Shown: positions 1-9,985 of the stretch, in pieces | Layout: each line of letters begins with the position of its first letter | Position numbering within the stretch: position 1 is the stretch's first letter | Origin: Spirochaetia bacterium | GTDB lineage: Bacteria > Spirochaetota > Spirochaetia > SP-2023 | Reading direction: 5' to 3' | NCBI GenBank assembly: GCA_965225855.1 | Contig: CBDDCK010000005.1 | Span: 1,056,001 to 1,120,000 of the forward strand | Length of the DNA stretch: 64,000 bases | The notes under the pieces: generated by a model | What the model was told of the DNA's origin: nothing | Database searches by the model: none | Seen by the model: only the letters and a program-made list of their open reading frames with translations | Translations under genes and position numbers: made by a program

Positions 1-1
1 A

Positions 2-3000
2 TTGGCATTCAGGTTTCTCTTCTGTATCTTCAGGGAATGTTGCAGCCGATAAAGATTGCAACCGCTTTTGCAATTGGCCTAAAAAATTTAGATTCTCCAG
101 ATTCTTACCAGAGCTAACCAAATTTTTATTGGAACGCAGGCTAAAATTTTGGGGATGTTGCTCGATCAATTTTTCTACAGCTGCGCCTAAGTCTATAGTG
201 AGATCGTCTGCTGCTTGCTTTCCGTATAGACTTTCTCCCAATAGTTTAAAGTATGGGAGCTTTTTTTTACAACTTGCATGAAGAGGCAGGTAAATTTTGC
301 AAGAAGCTCGCGTCATTGCCACGTAAAATAATCGCTGCAATTCTTGATATTCTTCTTGAGCCGCAAATTGTTTGACTTGCGAATTTCCACTTAAATAGGC
401 TGTTTGCTGATAGCAAATTGTTTGGCCTTGGTTTTCATTACTTGTTACATTTGTTTCTAAAATAATCATATCATTTTGGCTTTCATTCATACCAATGCTT
501 AAAAATACCAATGGAAATTCTAAGCCTTTAGAGGCGTGAATGGTCATAATGTTTACAGCATTTTGACTACTATTTTGTTGCTCAAATTCGCTCAATTCTA
601 TAGAACCTTTCATAGCTTGCTGAATTTCTGTTGCCATAAAACAGCTTAGCTCGCGGCAACTCATATTTTGCCGAATTTGTTGTTCTGCCAATATTTCGAG
701 TAAATGGCGCAAATTGTTATACGATTCGCAGTTGTTTTGCCTCTCCCTTTCTCCTAAATGGGCTGCAGTTAAATCATTGGGAAAATTATTTTGTGTTTGC
801 TGGTATTGTGGCTGGCTGAGAATCCGTTGGTAAACTTCTTGCTGTAATTCTTCCCGAAGCAATTCTGTTTTTCCATCAATTTTATAAATTGTTTGTAAGG
901 CTTGATAAATTTTTTTGCCATAAGTAAAAAGCTCTTGCAACACATTGAGCAATTGCCCATTGGAGCCATGTTTTTTCCCTTGATCAATTTGTTCTTGCCA
1001 AAAAGATAATTGCTGAATAAATGTTAGAATAAATTGGCCATAACTTTTGTTTGAGCTATCTATATTAAACTGGGTTTCATTTGGTTTTGGAAGTTCCAGT
1101 AACAGCCTAGCTTCTGTAATGTTTAAGGCAAACAGAGGTGAAAGCAGCAACCGTAGGCTGTGGCTTAATTCATGAGGCTCACACAAAGCTTGAAAAAAAT
1201 AATGTAGAGCTTGGGCATAGTGGTTTCCAAAAATGCTGCGCTTTTCACTGTACGAAGTAGGAATGCCAAAATTTTGCAGCCGTTGTTGCATGTTAGCACA
1301 ATCTTTTTTGCGTTCTAGCAAAATAGCAATATCTTTGGGCCTTACAGCTTGGCTGGCAATTCGGTAATTTTGGCTCAATAGGCGCAGCACCTGCTCTTCG
1401 ATGGCATTCAGTGTAGTTTGCTGTAGCTCTGTTTTTGTCAAAGGTTGGGCAGTTTCAATCTCACTACGGCAGTCCAAAAAACATAATTCGCTACTTTGTT
1501 CTCCTCTACCATATTCATCATCTTTTGGGTTTTGCGATGGAATCACCAGCAGAGGCCGAGTACCTTCTTTTTCGCCTACGCTTACAGGAACAAAAATTTC
1601 CCCCCACATATTTGAGAAAAATTGGTTACAAGCACTAACCACCAAAGAATTGGAACGGTAGTTTGCACCTAAGCGAAAACAATAATCGCAGCCTTGCTGC
1701 ACAAAATAATACAGCTGGGGGCTCACCCCGCGAAAACGGTAGATACTTTGTTTTGGGTCGCCAACAATAATATAGTTGTGGCTCCGTTGTATTGGGTCAG
1801 CAGATTCTATTTGGCCTTGCCCAAAGATACAAAACAAAATCTGCCATTGAATTGGGTCGGTATCTTGAAATTCGTCAATTAAAGCGCAGCGGTATTGTTG
1901 GCGCAAATAGCGTAGCAAAGTAGGTGCATCGCCGTATTGCTTTAATACCAATACCCGATATAAACCCTCCACCATATCTGAAAAGCTGCGAATACCGTTG
2001 AGCATTGGGCTCATTTGTAATTGTGGTGCAATTCTTTGGCGTAGAAGCAGCAAAAACTTCGCTGCAAATAAGTTTTGCAGTGAGTGGGCATCTGCTTGAA
2101 AGCAAGAAGAAAAGGCTGTAAAAAATTGTTGGACCATCAAGGCTTTTTGGTAGTAGGGCCATTCTTCTATGCTACCATTGGCCTCTATAAACTTATCATT
2201 ATTTTGTTCCAAATATTCAGGGCGTAGGCAGCACAATAGCTCTATATAAGGTGCCAGAAATTCTCCCATTTTTTGGGGATGAGAGGGTTTTTCTAACAAT
2301 AACTTTAATATATTTTCCAATGCTAATGGTTTTTTGGTCAATTTTTGTGTTTTGAACCAATTTTTCAACTTGCCAAAAAACTGCAAAGCAATATTCCCAT
2401 CGTAGCTTTGCGGTAAATTTTTCAATTTTGTTATACTACTGCGGTTTGCAAAAATTTCTTTTGTCCAATCAAACAGGGCCAGCTCCAATAAAATTTGATA
2501 AACGGTTCCTTGCTGTTGCTTAAACTCATTACTAATCCGCTCTAATTGATTTAGTTCTGCTTTCCCAGGACAAAGGCGAAAATCGGGATGCTCGCGCCAA
2601 AAATTCTCCAAATTGGGGTTTTCACAAATATCTAGTAATTTTTGTAATTGAAACTGTTCATTCTTGCTTTTTTGGACTAGGCCAGCCAAATGCAATATTT
2701 TTCTGTCCTCTTGACTAAAATCAGATTTTTGTAATTCTTCCAGCAACAAATCTTGGATAAAACAAGTATGGCCCCCAATATCATCAGCTATACCGCTATG
2801 CGTGGTCTCTAATGTAAACTGCTCCAAACAACGGCGAAAAAAGCTGTGGATAGTGGAAATATTGGCTTCATTAAAATGATTCAGAGCCTGCAAAATATTA
2901 TGCTTTAAAGCCTGCTCTTCAATTTCTTTGAGCCTCAAGCTAAGACGATTCTGTATGCGTTGGCGCAACTCTGAAGCCGCTTTTTCGGTATAAGTAACCA

Positions 3001-3148
3001 GCAAAATATGCTGGATAGACAAACCATAATTTTCAATTAAACGGCAAACTATTCGTTCTAAAGTATAAGTTTTGCCTGTTCCTGCCGAGGCTTCAATATT
3101 TAAATTAGCCCGCAGTGGAGCTCTATCGAGAGAAAAATTGTTTGCCAT
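2..3148 (-). CDS. recB: RecB-like helicase/nuclease (exodeoxyribonuclease V beta), 3' end runs off the left edge
   Basis: ATG at 3148. Motifs IEASAGTGKT, LIDEFQDTDPIQ (~1876), GDPKQSIYRFRG (~1759) and MTIHASKGLEFP (~547) all lie in one frame. Absent from the ORF track, consistent with no stop before the window edge. Confidence 0.85.
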   Translation of the reverse strand, partial: MANNFSLDRAPLRANLNIEASAGTGKTYTLERIVCRLIENYGLSIQHILLVTYTEKAASELRQRIQNRLSLRLKEIEEQALKHNILQALNHFNEANISTIHSFFRRCLEQFTLETTHSGIADDIGGHTCFIQDLLLEELQKSDFSQEDRKILHLAGLVQKSKNEQFQLQKLLDICENPNLENFWREHPDFRLCPGKAELNQLERISNEFKQQQGTVYQILLELALFDWTKEIFANRSSITKLKNLPQSYDGNIALQFFGKLKNWFKTQKLTKKPLALENILKLLLEKPSHPQKMGEFLAPYIELLCCLRPEYLEQNNDKFIEANGSIEEWPYYQKALMVQQFFTAFSSCFQADAHSLQNLFAAKFLLLLRQRIAPQLQMSPMLNGIRSFSDMVEGLYRVLVLKQYGDAPTLLRYLRQQYRCALIDEFQDTDPIQWQILFCIFGQGQIESADPIQRSHNYIIVGDPKQSIYRFRGVSPQLYYFVQQGCDYCFRLGANYRSNSLVVSACNQFFSNMWGEIFVPVSVGEKEGTRPLLVIPSQNPKDDEYGRGEQSSELCFLDCRSEIETAQPLTKTELQQTTLNAIEEQVLRLLSQNYRIASQAVRPKDIAILLERKKDCANMQQRLQNFGIPTSYSEKRSIFGNHYAQALHYFFQALCEPHELSHSLRLLLSPLFALNITEARLLLELPKPNETQFNIDSSNKSYGQFILTFIQQLSFWQEQIDQGKKHGSNGQLLNVLQELFTYGKKIYQALQTIYKIDGKTELLREELQQEVYQRILSQPQYQQTQNNFPNDLTAAHLGERERQNNCESYNNLRHLLEILAEQQIRQNMSCRELSCFMATEIQQAMKGSIELSEFEQQNSSQNAVNIMTIHASKGLEFPLVFLSIGMNESQNDMIILETNVTSNENQGQTICYQQTAYLSGNSQVKQFAAQEEYQELQRLFYVAMTRASCKIYLPLHASCKKKLPYFKLLGESLYGKQAADDLTIDLGAAVEKLIEQHPQNFSLRSNKNLVSSGKNLENLNFLGQLQKRLQSLSAATFPEDTEEKPECQ

Positions 3149-3429
3149 TACACCTTACTATTTTAGAATCTAAATTGGAGAGACTCACTATACAAGTTTT
3201 GTAATTTAAAGCAAAAATATACTTACCTAAATTTTAGAAAGATTGAATATAAGGATTTTTGGCATAGTTATTACAGCTTTAATAGTTTATATCATCAATT
3301 ATCGATCATAATCAAATAATTTTTTTCTTTTTGTTACAGTTTAATGAAACGCTTGCCGAAAAAATAAAAGCTGTTAAATCAGTCAAAAGCTTTTTGCTAC
3401 AAAAAATTGTATATTTGGAGGTGTAGCTC

Positions 3430-4020
3430 ATGGAGTTACGATTTCGTAGATCGATATTATTTTTAGGATTATTTGGCATATTTGCTAGTGCTAATTTATT
3501 TAGTCAAGAAGATGGAAGTAGTGTTGCTAAACAAGATTCTAACGAACATGTTACGTTAGTTCGTACATATAATATTCGTAAAATTTATTCTCACCGCTTA
3601 GGTTATCGCATAGATATTTTTGATTATCAAGGCAAAGTTCGTACGATTTATGCTAAAGCTTCTTGGTTTACCAATCCTGAACAGCGCAATTCTGATTTAG
3701 ATACTTTTGAATTAGCTGCCAGCATGAAGTATTTGCCAGCTTTTTTGAGGGCTAATCTGCCGCCTAATTATCTCACTTTAAGATATGAAGGTGGTAAATT
3801 AGTTTCTATGGTTATTTATGTAGATGAGGCTAATTATTCAGATAGTAGTCTTTGGGCTCGTATGCCAGTCGATAAAAATCTGGATAGTAAGTTTGATGTT
3901 AAAACGGTTGTCTTCTCCGATCGTCCTGGCCCTCCTACTGCTGGAGCTATCCCAGAAAAGAAAGAGTCGCAAGCTGAAACGAAATCTGAGAAAGACTCTG
4001 AAGAGCCTAATGGAGCCTAA
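3430..4020 (+). CDS. Hypothetical exported protein
   Basis: 196-aa ORF, GGAGG RBS, N-terminal signal-peptide-like segment. Confidence 0.7.
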   Translation: MELRFRRSILFLGLFGIFASANLFSQEDGSSVAKQDSNEHVTLVRTYNIRKIYSHRLGYRIDIFDYQGKVRTIYAKASWFTNPEQRNSDLDTFELAASMKYLPAFLRANLPPNYLTLRYEGGKLVSMVIYVDEANYSDSSLWARMPVDKNLDSKFDVKTVVFSDRPGPPTAGAIPEKKESQAETKSEKDSEEPNGA

Positions 4021-4140
4021 GTTTTTTTCTTTTAAAAATGTATGAAGAGAGACAGGTATATAAAGAAATTGGTCCTATTTTTTCGTTTATGCCTGTTTTT
4101 TCATTTATTAGGCTTGTATTTTTGAGATTTAAATCTCAAT

Positions 4141-5313
4141 TTGTTTACCTTACCTATGGTAATAGAACGACCTAACGAATCTATCAATGGTTTGAAAAAA
4201 ATACCTTTTTGTGTTTTGGAAGCATTTTACCACTACGAACACTTTATTATTCTTGGGCATCAAAAACCTGATGCTGATTGCCTAACATCGCAATTGGCAC
4301 TTTGTCTGGCTCTTAGAAATTTAGGTAAAAGTGTTCAGCTCGTTTCTGCCGGGCCGTTTCTCCGTCCAGAAATTCAAAGCTTAGTCCATGAGTTCGATTC
4401 CGAGTTGGATCAAAGTGAGATTGCCAAATTTAGTTTGTCTAAAACTTTAGCTGTGGTTTTAGATTGTAGTACTGTAGAGCGTACCGGATTTAACAAAGAG
4501 AAAGATTTAGCCGGTTTGTCTACTTTAGTTATCGATCATCATTCTTCTGGCAAGATTGATGGCGATTTCCAATATTTTGATCCAGCTTCGCCTTCTACCA
4601 GTATTTTAATACAAAATATTTTACAACAGTTATCGTTATTTTTATTTCAGATTGAGCCCCAACATTATTCTTATTTTCTAGAGAATAAAAAGTTAATAAA
4701 TCAAAAAATTATGAATCTGTTATTTCTTGGTTTTGCCACGGACACAGGTTTCTTTCGATTTTTAAAACCTGAAAACGGTGGTGATATGTTGCGTTTAGTT
4801 TCAACTTTAGTCGATAGTGGGATTAATTTGCAAGATATTTACCAGCAAATGACAGGTAGCCATTTGGTGCCTACTCGGCGGCTGCTAGGTTTGCTATTAT
4901 TGCGAGCTGGTTTTCTACTTAACGCTAAGCTTTGTATCAGCTATAGTTTACTCGAAGATAAAGCATTTTGGCATGCAGAAAGCAACGATAGCGATAGTTT
5001 TTATGCTTTATCTTTAGCTACGCAAAATTGTGAAGTGATTGCCTTGTTAGATGAAGCAGAAGAAGGACGCTGGAATATAGGTTTGCGTTCTTTAACACAG
5101 CATAATGTTGGTACCATTGCCAGTAAATTGGGCGGTGGTGGGCATCAAAATGCTGCTGGTTTTAGGCTGGAAAACTGTAGCTTAAATGACGCTTTACACC
5201 AGATACTCAAAGAACTTACGAAACTCTGGGAGTCAGAAATAAAATCAAATGATCTCGTAGAAATCAACGAATATATCGAATCTGTGCCAAAGTATTTGAT
5301 AAAAAAGCAATAA
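4141..5313 (+). CDS. nrnA: DHH/DHHA1 phosphoesterase (NrnA-like oligoribonuclease/pAp phosphatase)
   Basis: HQKPDAD, IDHH, TDTG and GGGGHQNAAG motifs. Confidence 0.85.
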   Translation: MFTLPMVIERPNESINGLKKIPFCVLEAFYHYEHFIILGHQKPDADCLTSQLALCLALRNLGKSVQLVSAGPFLRPEIQSLVHEFDSELDQSEIAKFSLSKTLAVVLDCSTVERTGFNKEKDLAGLSTLVIDHHSSGKIDGDFQYFDPASPSTSILIQNILQQLSLFLFQIEPQHYSYFLENKKLINQKIMNLLFLGFATDTGFFRFLKPENGGDMLRLVSTLVDSGINLQDIYQQMTGSHLVPTRRLLGLLLLRAGFLLNAKLCISYSLLEDKAFWHAESNDSDSFYALSLATQNCEVIALLDEAEEGRWNIGLRSLTQHNVGTIASKLGGGGHQNAAGFRLENCSLNDALHQILKELTKLWESEIKSNDLVEINEYIESVPKYLIKKQ

Positions 5314-5326
5314 AGATATTAAACAA

Positions 5327-6094
5327 TTAGTCTGAAATCGAAGTTCTAAGCTTCCAAGTTAGTTTGACCGAACCAATTACATAATAAATTGCATATCCGA
5401 TGGAAAGTAGCATAAACCACCTTGGCAAAGGTTCATAATCAAAAAAAGTAGCCAGTAAAGCCAATAACCAAACACCTGTGATGATAATATTTGCTTTTTT
5501 CCACATCCTAGTGCGAGTCGGATAGATACATTTTATCGGCATAAAAGATAAAACAGCAAAAATAGTCAGTATCACTGTATTAAAAACTTTACCTGTACTG
5601 CCAAAAACTAAGAAATAGATCAGCAATATCCAAGCAGAAGGAAAACCACGAAAAAAATAATCTTGATCTGAAGACCCTAAAAACCCTTTTTTTGCACTAT
5701 CAATATTGGATTTCGCATCGCTGCGACAGAATTGATAAGTTGAAGCAATACAGATTAGACTGATAACCGCAATACCATAAATATTATGTGGTACCAATTG
5801 AGCCTCCCATACGATAAATGCGGGAATGATAGACCAAACTAAAAAATCAATAATATTATCGAGCAAACTGCCATCAATTTCGGAGAGCACTTTTTTGACC
5901 TGAACCCACCGAGCTAAGAGGCCATCAAATGCATCGACAAGGACGGCTATAACTAACAACAAATAAGCTTTATACCAGTTGTGCTCTGCAATGTATGTAA
6001 GAGAAAAAACGGCAAAGACAGCACCACTAGCAGTAAATAGGTGAACGATATAGGCAAGAGTTTTTTGTAGAGCAGAATAAGATATCAAAGCCAA
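5327..6094 (-). CDS. pcs: Phosphatidylcholine synthase (CDP-alcohol phosphatidyltransferase)
   Basis: VHLFTASG, DAFDGLLAR...DGSLLDNIIDF, FRGFPSAW; multi-pass membrane protein. Confidence 0.85.
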   Translation of the reverse strand: MALISYSALQKTLAYIVHLFTASGAVFAVFSLTYIAEHNWYKAYLLLVIAVLVDAFDGLLARWVQVKKVLSEIDGSLLDNIIDFLVWSIIPAFIVWEAQLVPHNIYGIAVISLICIASTYQFCRSDAKSNIDSAKKGFLGSSDQDYFFRGFPSAWILLIYFLVFGSTGKVFNTVILTIFAVLSFMPIKCIYPTRTRMWKKANIIITGVWLLALLATFFDYEPLPRWFMLLSIGYAIYYVIGSVKLTWKLRTSISD

Positions 6095-6100
6095 ATCTCC

Positions 6101-6841
6101 TTAATTTGTTGATGTCGGATTTTTTTTGATATATTGAAACAATACACGGCCCCGAATTTGTTCAATACCTATCGCACCCCAGTAGGAAGAGTCATTGCCG
6201 ATATTTCGATTATCGGACAATACAAAATATTCACCCTGACGCAATGTAACTTTTTCGGTATTACCCAGTAATGGCAAATTCTTAGGCCAGTTCCGAGTAT
6301 TTTGCCCACCAGAAAGTATGATATAATTGTTATCAATCAGCTCAAATTCGGAAGTAAAGTATTGCATATTATTGTCACTAGGTTGAATCTGTGCAATATG
6401 GTTGGCCATGTAAATTGTATCACCGGGTATACCAATTACTCTGCGTACCATATATGGATTTTTGCCTAAATGCTTCATTTGGTTTAAATCGGCAATATTT
6501 AAAGTGATAAAGCGGTATAGTGTATTGAGCCAATGCATTGCTATAGACAAAGGCTTATGGTAGGGTGCCGCCAATACTACAATTGTTCCGCGCGGGATTT
6601 TGCGATGAAAAGGGAGTACACTATTGGGCATACCAATAGAACTATAAAATAGATAACTATTTTGATTAATATTGGGCTCCATAGAAATACTTCGGACTTT
6701 TAGGGGCACAAGAATACTATAAAAAAACAGATGTAGCATGTAGATACTAAAAATCACAATCACCAGCGGAATTTTGCGGTTGTTGTGGTTGAGAAAATTA
6801 TTTTTGTTGTTTTTAGTAGACATCGGCAAATCTTGCATCAA
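6101..6841 (-). CDS. lepB: Signal peptidase I family protein (catalytic Lys position appears to be Arg)
   Basis: SISMEP, VRRVIGIPGD, SDNR..GNDSSYWG. Confidence 0.75.
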   Translation of the reverse strand: MMQDLPMSTKNNKNNFLNHNNRKIPLVIVIFSIYMLHLFFYSILVPLKVRSISMEPNINQNSYLFYSSIGMPNSVLPFHRKIPRGTIVVLAAPYHKPLSIAMHWLNTLYRFITLNIADLNQMKHLGKNPYMVRRVIGIPGDTIYMANHIAQIQPSDNNMQYFTSEFELIDNNYIILSGGQNTRNWPKNLPLLGNTEKVTLRQGEYFVLSDNRNIGNDSSYWGAIGIEQIRGRVLFQYIKKNPTSTN

Positions 6842-6850
6842 AATAATTCA

Positions 6851-7906
6851 TTATTGAATCGTTTTTTTATCGTGGCGCGCCACGAAGTTTTGTGGTTCTA
6901 AACTACGAAAGCGGCTAAAAGGGGCCACAATATAGGTCAATCGGCCTTGTAAATCATCTTTATTGAGTATGCCAAACCACCTGCCATCATGCGAATGATC
7001 GCGATTGTCTCCAAATGGCTCAAAGTAAGCTGCTGGAATTGCATCACCTAAGCGGTCTGCGATAAAGCGGCTGCGAATCGCAACATCGTGGGGGCTACTT
7101 AAATATGCATTGCGCACACGCTGCTCGTAAGAGCGATCCATGTTATAATAGTTGGTCTGATTAAATAATTTCATATTGCGTTGGGTTTCATAATGTAAGC
7201 TCAATTCTTTTTTTATGAATTTTTCACTGGAAAATTTTTTAGTTCCTGCCAAACGTATTTCTGGATAACCAGAAACGAAGCGCACCCTGTCTCCGCCAAC
7301 GGCAATAACACGCTTAACCAGCAACGGAGGTTGATAATTGTTGAAAGTGTATTGGTAATTTGGTTGTGAACTGGGGGCATAAAGCATTGGCTGGGAAGCT
7401 AGCCTCACCGGAGGCTTAGGACTGTTTTCGTATGCTTTTAGGTCTAAATCCAACTTAGCAAATGTCAATAAAAAAACAACACGCTGGGCAATTAAAAACA
7501 GAGTATTAGGCCTACGATATTCAGGGGATATAAAGGGAATCACTGTCCCGCGCACTACCTTTTTTTGCGAAAAAAATTTACGAGCAAAAGGGTAGGGTTC
7601 TAAACCATAAGCCAATTTGTTGACAATAACGCGATCTTGTACTAACAAAGTGGGAACCATAGAACTTGAAGGAATCACGAATAATTGAAGCAAATATTGG
7701 TTGATAAGCAATACCGAAAGCAAAACCACCAACAAGACTTCAATCCAATCGCGCAATGCTGATATGCGTTGCTGGCGCAATTTTTGCCGGTATGTTTGGT
7801 AGCGGACAAAATTAATTAGTGCTTCTGTACTGCGCACCAAATATTTAGAAATAGAACTCATGTTCATGAAACAAAGTAATATAGCAAATTGGCTTTGTTT
7901 AGACAA
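6851..7906 (-). CDS. lepB: Signal peptidase I
   Basis: IPSSSMVPTL, LVKRVIAVGGD, GDNRDHSHDGRWFG. Confidence 0.85.
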   Translation of the reverse strand: MSKQSQFAILLCFMNMSSISKYLVRSTEALINFVRYQTYRQKLRQQRISALRDWIEVLLVVLLSVLLINQYLLQLFVIPSSSMVPTLLVQDRVIVNKLAYGLEPYPFARKFFSQKKVVRGTVIPFISPEYRRPNTLFLIAQRVVFLLTFAKLDLDLKAYENSPKPPVRLASQPMLYAPSSQPNYQYTFNNYQPPLLVKRVIAVGGDRVRFVSGYPEIRLAGTKKFSSEKFIKKELSLHYETQRNMKLFNQTNYYNMDRSYEQRVRNAYLSSPHDVAIRSRFIADRLGDAIPAAYFEPFGDNRDHSHDGRWFGILNKDDLQGRLTYIVAPFSRFRSLEPQNFVARHDKKTIQ

Positions 7907-8041
7907 TAAAATAAGCTCTACTATTGGAAAGCTTATTTCAGTAGACTTACACTAATAGGCTTGTAATAACTGGTTAACAATATTATTGTGCTTATATAAC
8001 CGGCCTAAATTTTTTGAAAATCGATATTTAAGGAATCTTTC

Positions 8042-8857
8042 ATGAACATGGCAATCGATCTGATAAATGGGCAAAGTCGCCATTTAATTTCCTGGAATGT
8101 CAATGGTATCCGAGCTATCCATAATAAGGGCTTACTCTCTCCATTGTTTGCAGGATCGTGGGATATTATTGCTCTGCAAGAGACAAAGGCCCAAGAATTG
8201 GATGAGGAATTGGCCCAGCAGCCCGGGTATCAATCTTTTTGGTCTAGTGCCAAGCGCAAAGGTTATAGTGGCACGGCTCTGTTTATTAAAGATGACTTAA
8301 AACCGAACCGCATTTTGTGTATGGAAAATATTATTGGCAAAAATGAATTTGATAGTGAAGGCCGAACCTTGATTGCCGATTTTGGCCATTTTGTTTTGCT
8401 GAATTGTTATTTTCCCAACTCACAGGAAAAGGGTAAACGGCTGGATTATAAAATGGCTTTTAACCATGCGATACATTGCTGCTGTAATGAATTGAGCGAA
8501 AACCATAAGCGTCCGGTATTGCTTTGTGGTGATTATAATGTTGCAGTGCGCGAAATTGATTTAGCTCGGCCCGATGAGAATCATGATTCACCGGGCTTTT
8601 TGCCACAGGAGCGCGAATGGATGGAATATTTTTTAGCTAGCGGTTATAGTGATAGCTTTCGTCATTTTTATCCTGAACAAACAGGGGCTTATAGCTGGTG
8701 GTCCTACCGCACGCGAGCACGCGAGCGCAATGTGGGCTGGCGGATTGATTATTTTTGCATCAATCAGCCATTTTTGCATTGCCTTAAAGACGCGGCTGTT
8801 CTTGACCAAGCGATGGGTAGTGACCATTGCCCGGTTTGCATTACTGCCGAGCTGTAA
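8042..8857 (+). CDS. xth: Exodeoxyribonuclease III / AP endonuclease
   Basis: SWNVNGIRA, LQETK, GYSG, GDYN, WRIDYF, SDHCPV. Confidence 0.95.
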   Translation: MNMAIDLINGQSRHLISWNVNGIRAIHNKGLLSPLFAGSWDIIALQETKAQELDEELAQQPGYQSFWSSAKRKGYSGTALFIKDDLKPNRILCMENIIGKNEFDSEGRTLIADFGHFVLLNCYFPNSQEKGKRLDYKMAFNHAIHCCCNELSENHKRPVLLCGDYNVAVREIDLARPDENHDSPGFLPQEREWMEYFLASGYSDSFRHFYPEQTGAYSWWSYRTRARERNVGWRIDYFCINQPFLHCLKDAAVLDQAMGSDHCPVCITAEL

Positions 8858-8885
8858 AAATCCAAGTTAAAAATTATGGTGAAAA

Positions 8886-9985
8886 GTGGCGAGAATATTT
8901 TGGGTAAAACTATTTAAAAAAGCTGCTTTGGCCCATTTGGATTCTACTGTTTTTTCTTATACAAATATTTATTTCCAAACTATTTATGCTCAGAGTGTCC
9001 CTATTTGAAAAAATATACTATTACCAAAATTTATTTTAAGGGCGGAGCAGGATTAAATCGCTATTATATATTTTCTTTTTTAGGGTTTGAAGAAGGTAAT
9101 ACTTTTATCCCAAGTTACCCCAAGCGAGCTAAACCAAAAACTCAAAGATAGTCGCTGGCTTTTGCGTAGCCAATGGTATTGGTATTTTCGGTATTTTCAA
9201 GCAGATTTTGAAACGCGTTAGTATCCTGAAGGCCGAGTAGAAATTTTTGTGCTACTAGAGTCTAGCTCTAAACGTTTCGGTTCTAAGTCCGATGAACATT
9301 CGTTTCTCTGGTTTCACCGGCAGACGCAATCCCTTGCAGTGCATTTCGCTTCCAAGTGGGCAAAATTACCAGGCCTATCTTGGTATTTTCCGCGCATTGA
9401 TAATAGCTTTTTTGGTACAAATATTGTGATAGTGGAAGTCCAAACCCAAAAATTTTTAGAACGTTTCAACTTAGATGAGTTGGGGCTTACGGTATTTTGG
9501 CTGCGTGGTGGTGCCGAAGAATTTATCCAAACAAGCCCAGTGGTTAAGTTGGGCCTTTCCCAAAAATATTGGTTGATTTTGGACTTAGATGGTTTTGGTT
9601 TGATTTTTGATTTTATTATTGGGGCTTTTGTCGATTTAGATGGATTGTATTTATTGAAGAGCCGACTTTGGGCTATGAAATTTGGGTTGCAATTTGATGT
9701 TGGGGTTATTGCTGGTTTATTTTTGTTACAAAGCAAATATAGGCTGTTACTGCGCCCCAGCCCTTGGTTGGAACTCTCTTTATTGAGCAACATTATAAGT
9801 AGCTTAAATATTGGAAGTCTTAACTCTGAAATATCTAGTATAAACTTAGAGGATAATGATGTAGATTTTTATGCCTTAGGCCGTTTTAGAACCACTTCTC
9901 AACTTTCGCAAAACGATTATGACAACCGCACCGAATTTAATGTTGGGTTGGAAGGTAAATTGGGCCTTTCTGCTGGTTTGTTCAA
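8886..9985 (+). pseudogene. Degraded outer-membrane/POTRA-like protein gene, truncated at the CRISPR locus boundary
   Basis: Coding-like segments in shifting frames with stops at 8886-9250 (YTITKIYFKG...FEEG). The ORF 9249..10034 has beta-strand-like alternation and runs into the antisense of the Cas effector 3' end. Confidence 0.45.

Noticed and set aside
1..3148. recB as a pseudogene (absent from the ORF track)
   Set aside because: All checked motifs are in one frame; the ORF simply runs off the window edge. The small ORFs here are shadows.
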